This document shows, piece by piece, positions 47,776 to 56,697 of a stretch of DNA of 64,000 bases. The notes under the pieces are model-generated. The model was not told the origin of the DNA, searched no databases, and saw only the letters and a list, made by a program, of their open reading frames with translations. The first letter of the stretch is position 1, and every line of letters starts with the position of its first letter. Location of the stretch: positions 89,582 through 153,581 of the forward strand of contig CAVYCR010000005.1 in assembly GCA_963767115.1 (NCBI GenBank). The letters are read 5' to 3'. Position numbers and translations under genes: made by a program. Origin of the DNA: Candidatus Kaiserbacteria bacterium. Its GTDB lineage: Bacteria > Patescibacteriota > Minisyncoccia > Phycocordibacterales > UBA2100.

Positions 47776-49065
47776 ATGAAAAAAGTAACAAAAACGAATC
47801 TCACATGGAAAACGGAAAAGCGCATCATCAGCCAGCTCATCGGCCACCCGAAGAACCCGCGCAAGATGAGCGAATCGCAGATGCGGAATCTTCAAGAAAG
47901 CCTCAAACGGTTCAATCTCGTCGAGATACCTGTAGTGGATACCGATAACACGATATTGGCTGGACACCAGCGGTTGAAAGCGATGCAGCTTGCCGGACGC
48001 GGCGAGGAAGAGATCGACGTGCGCGTACCCAATCGAAACCTCACCGAAACAGAGCGCGAGGAGTATCTACTGCGCAGCAACCAAAACACGGGAAGCTGGG
48101 ATGAGGAATTACTCAAAGCGATGGACATGGACATGCTTCTCGACGTCGGTTTCGGCGACGACGAGCTGCAAACCATCTTCGATGATATCGATGTCATCGA
48201 GGACGATTTCGACGTCGAAAAAGCGCTCAAGGAGACAAAGGTTGCTCGGGTAAAACCAGGCGAACTGTGGCAGCTCGGCAGCCACCGTCTCCTCGTGGGT
48301 GATTCAACCGATGCCGAACAGGTCAAAAAACTGATGGGTACCGACCGAGCGGATGTCGTGTACTGTGACAGCCCGTACAACATCGGACTCGATTACTCGA
48401 AAGGAATCAGTACCGGCGGCAAATACGAAGGTACCTACACAAGCGCGAAAGATTCCAAGAAAGACGTGGCCTTCGGCGCATTTCTCGATGCGAGCATGAA
48501 AGCCGCGCTCTCCGTGGCCAAGCCAAACGCACACCTATTATATTGGTGCGACGAGAAGTATATCTGGCTCCTGCAATCGCTGTATCGAGAAAATGGCATC
48601 GACAACAAACGCGTCTGCCTGTGGATCAAGAACAACTTCAACATGACTCCGCAGGTCGCATTCAACAAGGCATACGAGCCGTGCGTGTATGGAGTTATCG
48701 GCAAGCCATATCTCAACAGTGAACTGCGCAATACCAACGAGCTTCTGAACAAAGAGATCGGATCAGGTAATCAGGTGCACGAGGAAATCCTCGACATATT
48801 CAATCTCTGGCTGGCACGTAGGGATAACGCGCAATCATATCAGCACCCGACTCAAAAGCCGGTCGCGCTCAACGAGAAGCCACTGAAGCGTTGCAGTGCT
48901 CCGGGACACATCGTGCTCAGCGGCTTTGCCGGTAGTGGAAGCGATCTCATCGCATGCGAACAGCTCAATCGCAAGTGGCGGGGTGTCGAGATCGATCCGA
49001 TCTTCGCCACCGTCTGCATCGACCGGTGGGAGTCCTTTACCAACCAACGCGCGACACTCATATGA
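47776..49065 (+). CDS. ParB-like nuclease domain fused to an N4/N6 DNA methyltransferase
   Basis: ParBc motif ..HPKNPRKM...L..SL..F.L...PVV......ILAGHQRL, then DSPYN, HPTQKP and FAGSGS methylase motifs. Confidence 0.85.
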   Translation: MKKVTKTNLTWKTEKRIISQLIGHPKNPRKMSESQMRNLQESLKRFNLVEIPVVDTDNTILAGHQRLKAMQLAGRGEEEIDVRVPNRNLTETEREEYLLRSNQNTGSWDEELLKAMDMDMLLDVGFGDDELQTIFDDIDVIEDDFDVEKALKETKVARVKPGELWQLGSHRLLVGDSTDAEQVKKLMGTDRADVVYCDSPYNIGLDYSKGISTGGKYEGTYTSAKDSKKDVAFGAFLDASMKAALSVAKPNAHLLYWCDEKYIWLLQSLYRENGIDNKRVCLWIKNNFNMTPQVAFNKAYEPCVYGVIGKPYLNSELRNTNELLNKEIGSGNQVHEEILDIFNLWLARRDNAQSYQHPTQKPVALNEKPLKRCSAPGHIVLSGFAGSGSDLIACEQLNRKWRGVEIDPIFATVCIDRWESFTNQRATLI

Positions 49066-49811
49066 GCGTCGAGCAAGGAGATATCTTCTCCGTCGGTGAG
49101 CACATCATCGCGTGCGGCGATTCGCTCGATGCGACATTCGTGAGTAAGGTCATTGGAGACAAAAAGATCAGATGCATTCTCGTTGATCCCCCGTACGCCG
49201 TCTCCTACGTCGAGGGCAAGCGAGATTTCAACAAGCTGGGCGTGAATACGGACAAAGCGATCATCGGCGATCAGCTGCAATCCGACGAGGAATACGCTCG
49301 CTTCACGGGAGCGTGGCTCGAGGCGGTAAAGCCGCACCTAGAGCCGTACAATGCCTGCTACATCTTCAACAGCGATCTTATGTACCCTGCGCTGCGCCAA
49401 GGCATGAAGGATGCCGGGTTCTATTACTCCCAAGGTCTGATATGGATCAAGAATACGGTTGTCCTCGGCAGGAAAGATTATCTCCCCATGCACGAGCTCA
49501 TCGCGTACGGCTGGTGCGGCAAACACAAGATGGAACGCAGCAAAGCAAAAAGCATACTCTTCCACCCAAAACCAGCTGCATCGAAACTTCATCCCACACA
49601 GAAACCCATCGGACTCCTGCGTAAATTGATACCGAATTCGACGCGCCTGAGAGACTACGTGTATGACCCCTTCTTAGGCAGCGGGAGTACCGCTGTCGCC
49701 TGCGAGCACCTCGGCCGAAGGTGTGTCGGGATAGAAATTGATCCTGCGTACGCGGGAATTGCAATAGCGCGTATGGAGAAGCTCACCGGACTTGTCGCGC
49801 GAAAACTATGA
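49062..49811 (+). CDS. N4/N6 DNA methyltransferase (beta class)
   Basis: VDPPYA, HPTQKP and DPFLGSGST motifs. ATGA overlap with the upstream gene. Confidence 0.85.
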   Translation: MSVEQGDIFSVGEHIIACGDSLDATFVSKVIGDKKIRCILVDPPYAVSYVEGKRDFNKLGVNTDKAIIGDQLQSDEEYARFTGAWLEAVKPHLEPYNACYIFNSDLMYPALRQGMKDAGFYYSQGLIWIKNTVVLGRKDYLPMHELIAYGWCGKHKMERSKAKSILFHPKPAASKLHPTQKPIGLLRKLIPNSTRLRDYVYDPFLGSGSTAVACEHLGRRCVGIEIDPAYAGIAIARMEKLTGLVARKL

Positions 49812-50191
49812 GCGACGCCGTACCACCACAAAACAGAGGACGTGGCGCGTACAAGGCACGTGAATTCGAGACGTATCTCAAATGGAGAGCGCTGCCGCCA
49901 AGCTACCGCGACATGCCGCGCCAGTCGCTCGAAAAGATGGGGTTTGATGAGAGCATGCAAGACCTGCTTGAGATCAAATCGCAAAAGGCATTTGCAGAGC
50001 GATACAGCGTTGATGAAAGCACGCTCACTGAATGGAACGTGAGGATCGACCGCGACGGACTGCTTGATGATACACGCGCATGGATGCGTTCGATGACCCC
50101 GCTCGTATTCGGATCATTACTCAAAAAGATTGTTAAAAATCCGCACTCAAGCGATGTACGGCTGTGGCTTGAGTACGGAGAAGGCATATAA
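49808..50191 (+). CDS. hypothetical protein (possibly HTH / small-terminase-like)
   Basis: ATGA overlap with the upstream gene. The similarity judgement is weak. Confidence 0.4.
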   Translation: MSDAVPPQNRGRGAYKAREFETYLKWRALPPSYRDMPRQSLEKMGFDESMQDLLEIKSQKAFAERYSVDESTLTEWNVRIDRDGLLDDTRAWMRSMTPLVFGSLLKKIVKNPHSSDVRLWLEYGEGI

Positions 50192-50203
50192 CCGCACATC
50201 AAT

Positions 50204-50413
50204 ATGGAACACGAATTACTCACCAAATCACTGACTCCCGCGGAAGTGACAATACTGCTTTCACAGGCCATGCACGACCTCAAGAATCGAAAGATTACCC
50301 TGCGGCAAGCGCTTGCTCTTTCCCGCGTGGCGACCGCATTGGTAAAAAGCATTGAGACGGCTGAACTCAAGGCACGCATCGAGCTTCTCGAGCAGACGCT
50401 CAAGAAACGATAA
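50204..50413 (+). CDS. small hypothetical coiled-coil protein
   Basis: ORF track. Confidence 0.4.
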   Translation: MEHELLTKSLTPAEVTILLSQAMHDLKNRKITLRQALALSRVATALVKSIETAELKARIELLEQTLKKR

Positions 50414-50417
50414 CATT

Positions 50418-51890
50418 ATGAAAGACCTCACCAAATTACTGAGTACCAACGCCTTGCGCCCGAAGCAGCGCATTCTGCTCTTAGTGCAAAACGATTGCGC
50501 GAAAGATACTGGCGGCGCTGACATCCTCACGCCCGCAGACAAGCACGCGATCAGCGAAGGATGGAGACCTGCCAATAATTACGAAGCGCAGGAATACAAC
50601 AAGTACAACAGTGGCTGGAATACGGCGCTACACGCGCGACTCGACGCGCAGACGACGTATCTCAATGCTGAGATTTCGCTGTATCGGTCACTCGCAATCA
50701 TGGGATACCTCGCCCATATCCGCACTGGCTCGAAAGAAAAGATACTCCATATTGACGAGAATGAGGCGCTTGAGTACCTGCTGCAACAGAGCGGTCTTCC
50801 ATATGACCGTACGGTCTATACGATGGCGTTCCAAAATCTCAGCGAATCAGAACGACAAGATATCCTTGCACTGTATCCCGATGCGGAAACCGAGACTGAA
50901 TACCTGACGCAAGAGGAATTGCTCGCGAACGCATTCGACAATTCTGCATCACTGAGTACCGAAGCGAAGCAGAAACTTGTGACGGCAATCGTCGACGATC
51001 TGCACAACAGGTATGCTGACGCGTTTGAAAAAGCGGGTCTCGAAAGTCACCAATGGTACTTTCAAGGGTACTTCGCAAGCATGCCGCACATGGCGATACT
51101 GGAAAAATGGGCGCAGTACGCAGGGATTTCTGCTGTCGATGATGACGCGCTGATACAAGAATTCCACACATCCACCAAGACCCGCCACGAAGATATACGG
51201 GCAGTACTTCGCCGCACGGTGCTGCGATGGCTTGATGAGGGGCTTTTTGTAGATGAATACGAACCCCTCTGTATGAGTTCGCATAAGAACACTTGCAACG
51301 ATGCAACAACGAAACATCCTCACAAGGAAGTTTTCAGTGCATGGATGCGAGCAAAGAATGACGCGACTGAAGCGATGCAAAAACTCATCACAGCAGGCCA
51401 CCTTACGCTTGAAGACAGACCTCATTCAATATGGGGAATGTCGGAGATTGTACGGACACTCACCGGCGAGAGTATTTACTACTGCCCGAGCGATCTTCCG
51501 TTCGTGAACGAGTACAAGGCGCAGATCGATGCACTGCGTCCGACCGGCGCATTCCTCGTCTTCCTGCACCGACAGAGCTTCTTGCGAGAATACGCGGCGC
51601 TCCTCGCATTCCAGGACATGTTCACGCGACTATCGCGTATCTATGAAGTAGACGTGGGGCGACGCATCAATACATATATCGATGATCTCGAAAACAGCGT
51701 CAGACTGCTCAATAGTCAGGTCCGGATCGCGGTGGAGAACAACATAGACGCGCTACGTGAGAATCATACGTTCATACTCGACATGACGGATACGGTAGAG
51801 ATTTCACTCTGTGATATAGAGCCGAGTACCGGAGAAACCGAGACGCACTACCAGACCGAATTTGCTCGCCTTTTCGAGGCTGAATGGTGA
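50418..51890 (+). CDS. hypothetical 490-aa protein
   Basis: ORF with an internal ATG at 50418 (MKDLTKLL..). Confidence 0.55.
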   Translation: MKDLTKLLSTNALRPKQRILLLVQNDCAKDTGGADILTPADKHAISEGWRPANNYEAQEYNKYNSGWNTALHARLDAQTTYLNAEISLYRSLAIMGYLAHIRTGSKEKILHIDENEALEYLLQQSGLPYDRTVYTMAFQNLSESERQDILALYPDAETETEYLTQEELLANAFDNSASLSTEAKQKLVTAIVDDLHNRYADAFEKAGLESHQWYFQGYFASMPHMAILEKWAQYAGISAVDDDALIQEFHTSTKTRHEDIRAVLRRTVLRWLDEGLFVDEYEPLCMSSHKNTCNDATTKHPHKEVFSAWMRAKNDATEAMQKLITAGHLTLEDRPHSIWGMSEIVRTLTGESIYYCPSDLPFVNEYKAQIDALRPTGAFLVFLHRQSFLREYAALLAFQDMFTRLSRIYEVDVGRRINTYIDDLENSVRLLNSQVRIAVENNIDALRENHTFILDMTDTVEISLCDIEPSTGETETHYQTEFARLFEAEW

Positions 51891-51973
51891 AATAGTTACC
51901 TCCTTGTATTCAATAGACTTGTGGCGAGGGTTGCGGCATTGCTTGTGATGTAGCAGCTAAATACCACAAGCAT

Positions 51974-53305
51974 ATGGATCAAATCATCGAGCGACCATTC
52001 CCCGGAGGACAGATCGGGAGACCGGAACTGAAGATCGTTCCGCTCAAGTTTTGCCTCTACGCTCGCAAGAGCACCGAGAGCGAAGAACGGCAAGTGCTCT
52101 CCATCGACTCGCAGATCAAGGAGATGCTCCAGCTGGCTGAGCGCGAAGGATTGGAGATTGTCGCGATGAAGCGCGAGAGCCACTCAGCCAAAGAAGCAGG
52201 ACAGCGTCCCGTCTTCAACGAGATTGTCGAAGAAATGAAAACGGGAAAGTTCAACGCGATTCTCACGTGGGCACCGGATCGCATCTCACGCAACGCTGGC
52301 GACCTTGGGAAAGTCATCGACCTCATGGACGCCGGAGTGCTGATGGAGATCCGCACGTATAGTCAGTCGTTCCGTAATAACCCGAACGAGAAGTTTCTCC
52401 TGATGATTCTGGGGAGTCAGGCAAAACTCGAGAACGACAATCGCGGCGTAAACGTAAAGCGAGGACTTAGAACGCGCTGCGAGATGGGACTGCGGCCCGG
52501 AAGCACGTTGACCGGATATCTCAACGAACGGCGAATGGACCGGAAGTGCGAGGTCATCATCGATCCGGATCGCGGGCCGGTGATACGGAAGATGTTCGAG
52601 AAAGTCGGTTATGAAAAGTGGTCAGGGCCGCGATTGTATCATTGGCTCCGGTTCGAACTGAACTTTCAGACGCAAGGCAAGAAACCGCTCTCACTCGGCA
52701 ACATGTACCGCATTCTTTCCAACCCCTTCTACCATGGCATATTTGAGTATCCACGAAAGAGCGGCAACTGGTATCAGGGCAAGCACGAACCGTTGATATC
52801 CAAGGAATTATTCGAAAAGGTACAGGCGCAGCTCAAGCGAGACAACATACAGCGCGAATCGCATGAGTTCGCCTTCACGAAACTCATGACCTGCGGCAAG
52901 TGCGGATCGTGCATCAGTGCCGAGGAAAAGTACAAGCAGCGCAAGGATGGCACGACCGCACGATACGTCTACTACGGTTGTGGGCGTACGCGTGACAAAC
53001 AGTGCAAAGGCAATACGTATCTGCGAGAGGAGGAACTCGTAGAGCAACTGCTCAAGATCATCGACCAGATCGACATCAACCAGATCAACGTGCAAATGAA
53101 ATTCGAGGACGAATTGAAACGGCACAACAAATTCCAGCGCACGGTACTTGGTCTCTCAAATCCGAGCGCTACGCATGAGGAGATCAATATCAGAACATAT
53201 GCAAAATACATCCTGAAGGAAGGTACGAACGAGGAGAAACGCGAGCTGATGGGGTGCTTTAAGTCGAACTTCAAAGTCAACAATGGGGCTGTGACGATCG
53301 AGTAA
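51974..53305 (+). CDS. large serine recombinase (resolvase N-domain, recombinase domain, zinc ribbon)
   Basis: ..YARKSTESEERQVLSIDSQ.. catalytic Ser region, ..W.PDRISRN.., and a CGKCGS..YYGC zinc ribbon. Confidence 0.9.
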   Translation: MDQIIERPFPGGQIGRPELKIVPLKFCLYARKSTESEERQVLSIDSQIKEMLQLAEREGLEIVAMKRESHSAKEAGQRPVFNEIVEEMKTGKFNAILTWAPDRISRNAGDLGKVIDLMDAGVLMEIRTYSQSFRNNPNEKFLLMILGSQAKLENDNRGVNVKRGLRTRCEMGLRPGSTLTGYLNERRMDRKCEVIIDPDRGPVIRKMFEKVGYEKWSGPRLYHWLRFELNFQTQGKKPLSLGNMYRILSNPFYHGIFEYPRKSGNWYQGKHEPLISKELFEKVQAQLKRDNIQRESHEFAFTKLMTCGKCGSCISAEEKYKQRKDGTTARYVYYGCGRTRDKQCKGNTYLREEELVEQLLKIIDQIDINQINVQMKFEDELKRHNKFQRTVLGLSNPSATHEEINIRTYAKYILKEGTNEEKRELMGCFKSNFKVNNGAVTIE

Positions 53306-53310
53306 AAACT

Positions 53311-54588
53311 TTATAGAATCTCGACTGACTTTCTTGCTTTCCGAATTTCATCTTTGATTGCTTCGATACTGACTTTTGACTCAAAATAATCCAGCAGTTC
53401 CAACGCTTTCTCTTTTGGTTTTTGTTGAGATAATTCGGCCCTGACCCGCTCATTCGTCTTAAATAAACGTGATATTTGTCTAATCTGATCAATACCTAGT
53501 TGCTCAACGAAATCATGTAGGATTGAAAAACACGCTGATCGTCCCCAATAATTTCCACACCAAACGGCGAGTATCTCTTGGTACACTTCTTCAAACGCGA
53601 CCGAGGGTACGTGGGGGCCGAACTGCGCAAGAGTCGTTGCCGCAACATCTTCCTCTTTCCAACCGTACGCAGTATCTTTAGCTCCTGCCAATTTTTTGGC
53701 AGCGCGTCGATAAAGCTGTGCACGTGCTGCATCTGGTATATATCGCACTCCCTTTAATTGAACCAGAAGATTTAAAATGCGATTACGAGCATTTTTACTC
53801 TGGTTTTCATCCCCAAGTTCAGCGCCAAATTTAAGAGAGTGGTATTTCATACCAACCGTCTTTCTTTGTTCTTCGCCAGCCTTCTCCCAAACTTCAGGGA
53901 ACAAATTGACCGCATTAGTAATTCCCGGCTCTTTATCTGAACAGACCATATCCAACATAAAGCCGAAGCAAATTCTCACATCCTGTGCGCGCAAAGCTTT
54001 GATCTCATCCCTTAAGAGTGATACATCGGCATCAGAAAGTGTCGAGTTTTTGACCGGGTCGAAAAGCCCTGAAACTGAGTGACCTGGATCTGGTAACGGC
54101 GTCTCAAAAAGATTTTTCTGCAACAAAAGCGCGAGGGCAAAAACATCTTCTGGCTCAACCTTATTTTCTGTGTCGTGTGCTGCTGATGCATGATTGCGCA
54201 TCCAATTTATCATCTCTAGTGATTTTCCTGCCTTCTTATTTAACAATCCGAGATTTGTCGCCCCGAATATCAAAACTAGATCATCTACGCCCTCCCACCG
54301 TTCAGAAAGCGAGCTTCCGTCTTTATCATATTTCTTCCGTCCCGATTCTTCCTGAACAACAGAGATCCATAAATCAACGCCATATGCTTCAACGCGCCTT
54401 TTTAAATTTCCCACGGCGGCATTCCAAATTCCAAGCAAGGCATACTCCCCAAATCCGAGGCGGTAAAGTTCAGCAGCCTTCGTTAACAATCGACGCTCAT
54501 CCTCAATCAGTACCGGAAATGAGTCGAGATGACCAGAGTCAAGGATCTCGGGAAGTTTTGTTTTTGCAATCTTTAAATTACTCACCAT
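53311..54588 (-). CDS. hypothetical 425-aa protein in the island cargo slot
   Basis: ORF track. No confident domain. Confidence 0.6.
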   Translation of the reverse strand: MVSNLKIAKTKLPEILDSGHLDSFPVLIEDERRLLTKAAELYRLGFGEYALLGIWNAAVGNLKRRVEAYGVDLWISVVQEESGRKKYDKDGSSLSERWEGVDDLVLIFGATNLGLLNKKAGKSLEMINWMRNHASAAHDTENKVEPEDVFALALLLQKNLFETPLPDPGHSVSGLFDPVKNSTLSDADVSLLRDEIKALRAQDVRICFGFMLDMVCSDKEPGITNAVNLFPEVWEKAGEEQRKTVGMKYHSLKFGAELGDENQSKNARNRILNLLVQLKGVRYIPDAARAQLYRRAAKKLAGAKDTAYGWKEEDVAATTLAQFGPHVPSVAFEEVYQEILAVWCGNYWGRSACFSILHDFVEQLGIDQIRQISRLFKTNERVRAELSQQKPKEKALELLDYFESKVSIEAIKDEIRKARKSVEIL

Positions 54589-54691
54589 TAGGCCACATGA
54601 TAGACCTTTACTGAGAATTAGGGAATGTCGCAGTAATAAATCAGAAAGTTCGAATCCCTGAACGGTCTCTAGATTTTCCAGAGATTCGTTA

Positions 54692-54746
54692 CATAACTGG
54701 CGCTCAAAATAGGACTCTGCATAGCACCGATAAAAAGTACTACGGG
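54692..54746 (-). repeat. tRNA-Ser 3' flank (reference copy of the att-like repeat)
   Basis: See the copies at 37220-37301 and 39261-39317. Confidence 0.65.
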
Positions 54747-54834
54747 CGGAGAGGCAGGGATTCGAACCCTGGGAACCCTTTAGAGGTTCAACACATTAGC
54801 AGTGTGCTCCATTCGACCGCTCTGGCACCTCTCC
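54747..54834 (-). tRNA. tRNA-Ser (anticodon GCU), class II with long variable arm
   Basis: Hand-folded: acceptor GGAGAGG/CCTCTCC, anticodon stem GCACA/TGTGT with loop CTGCTAA, T-arm CAGGG-TTCGAAT-CCCTG. 88 nt. Confidence 0.9.
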
Positions 54835-54943
54835 GTGTCGTTGCATCGTACTCTATCATGGCGTTCTCTTCAATGCTTAATGATTACTTAATAGACCAGT
54901 GGTCAAAATGAAGAAAATACGGTATTGTTTAGAAATTCTAACT

Positions 54944-56569
54944 ATGTCTTACCTCAAACGACTGTGGCGACGATTCAGGGGCTTGCCGCTCTGGGGACAG
55001 ATCGGCTCGGGCATCGTGGTGCTGATTATTATCGTTGCCAGTGTGCACTATGCCACCCGTAGCTCTACGAGCGCCGCTACTGATACGACAGCCGGCATAT
55101 CGCACGTGCAGCTCGAATCAGTCGCGAGCCTCTCGTCTCCGAGCGGGCCGTTGCCTGTGGTCGGCAAGGTGACCTCCGAGAGCCAGGCGACGATCCTCGC
55201 GCAGACCTCCGGCGAGATCACCTCGCTCAACGTATCGATCGGAAGCCAGGTCGGTGCAGGGCAGATCATCGCGGAATTCTCCAACGCTTCGCAGCAGGCA
55301 GCGGTATTGCAAGCGCAGGGCCAGTACGCCGCCGCACAAGCCGCGCTCGCGACAGCGCAGGGATCGACCGCCGCCAACTCTTCACTCACTTCTTCGCAAG
55401 CCACCAACGCTGCTCAGACCGCCGGCACTTCAGCGATCGCTTCGCTGCAGAGCACCTACGCCGCACTTGATGACGCCGTACATAGCAAAGCTGATACACT
55501 CTTCACCAACCCGCGCTCGACCAGTGTCACCCCGACTTTCAATCTCATAATCCCCGACAACCAGCTCCAAGTGAATCTCGTCAACGAACGCATCGCTCTC
55601 ACGGCGACGCTTGCTGACGCCAGCACACAAGCGAGCTCAAGCTCGACTGCTCCTATAGACGCGCGCATCAGCGCACTTACAAGCGATGCGCAGGCCGTCG
55701 CGAGCTTCCTCAACGACATCGTACAGGCGACCAACGAAGCCGAAGTGACGCAGAGCACGAGTGCGAGTGTGATCACTGCCGACCAGGCATCGATGGGCGC
55801 TGCGCGCACTGAGGTCGTCTCTGCCATAGCGAGCCTCACGGCAGAGAAGAGCAGCTACGACGCCGCACAGACCTCATCGCAGACAGCAGCCAACTCAGCG
55901 GGCTCCGGCACGCAAAACTCGATCGCTGCCGCGCAGGCCCAAGTGCAGGAGGCGCTCGGCTCGCTTGATGCCGCCAAAGCTGCGCTCGAGAACACGATCG
56001 CGCGCTCCCCCATCAGCGGTGCAGTGGTGAGCCTGCCGGTGACGCAAGGCACATACGTCTCGGCATACTCGCAGGTCGCGCAAGTCTCCAACCCGAACGC
56101 GCTCGAGATCGATACCTATGTGACGCCTGACGATGCCAAGACGCTCGCGGTCGGGAGCAAAGCCACTATCGAAGGTGGTGCTTCCGGCGTGATCACCTCG
56201 ATCGCGCCCGCGATCGATCCCACCACCGACGAGATCGAGGTCAAGATAGGCATCACTGGCGGCGCGACGACGCTTACCGACGGCGATACAGTGACCGTCT
56301 CGCTTGCACGTTCGCAGACGGCAGTAGCGACTTCGCAGACCTCTGCCTCCAATGCGATCACGATCCCTATCACCGCAGCAAAGATCACGCCGCAAGGCCC
56401 TGTCGTCTTCACAGTGAGCTCGTCGACACTCGTGAGCAACCCGATCACCCTTGGCACGATCCTCGGCGACCAAGTGCAGGTGGTGAGCGGTCTCACGCCC
56501 GAGATGAACATCGTGCAGGACGCCCGCGGTCTGTCGAGCGGGCAACAAGTAATTGTCGATACACAATAA
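54944..56569 (+). CDS. RND efflux periplasmic adaptor (MFP/HlyD family)
   Basis: N-terminal TM anchor, Ala/Gln-rich coiled coil, C-terminal beta-barrel pattern. Located upstream of the RND pump gene. Confidence 0.7.
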   Translation: MSYLKRLWRRFRGLPLWGQIGSGIVVLIIIVASVHYATRSSTSAATDTTAGISHVQLESVASLSSPSGPLPVVGKVTSESQATILAQTSGEITSLNVSIGSQVGAGQIIAEFSNASQQAAVLQAQGQYAAAQAALATAQGSTAANSSLTSSQATNAAQTAGTSAIASLQSTYAALDDAVHSKADTLFTNPRSTSVTPTFNLIIPDNQLQVNLVNERIALTATLADASTQASSSSTAPIDARISALTSDAQAVASFLNDIVQATNEAEVTQSTSASVITADQASMGAARTEVVSAIASLTAEKSSYDAAQTSSQTAANSAGSGTQNSIAAAQAQVQEALGSLDAAKAALENTIARSPISGAVVSLPVTQGTYVSAYSQVAQVSNPNALEIDTYVTPDDAKTLAVGSKATIEGGASGVITSIAPAIDPTTDEIEVKIGITGGATTLTDGDTVTVSLARSQTAVATSQTSASNAITIPITAAKITPQGPVVFTVSSSTLVSNPITLGTILGDQVQVVSGLTPEMNIVQDARGLSSGQQVIVDTQ

Positions 56570-56584
56570 GTATGACAACGCGTT

Positions 56585-56670
56585 GCAAAATAAATAACGG
56601 GGGGAATAATTTTCCCGCTTCCGCCTGTCGTTCGGGTCGGGAAAATTATTCCCCCCGTTATTTATTTTGC
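56585..56670. repeat. 33-bp near-perfect inverted repeat (20-nt loop) between the MFP and RND genes
   Basis: gcaaaataaataacggggggaataattttcccg (56585-56617) is the reverse complement of 56638-56670. Confidence 0.95.
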
Positions 56671-56697
56671 GGCACACACCCGCAGAATTAAATCTTT

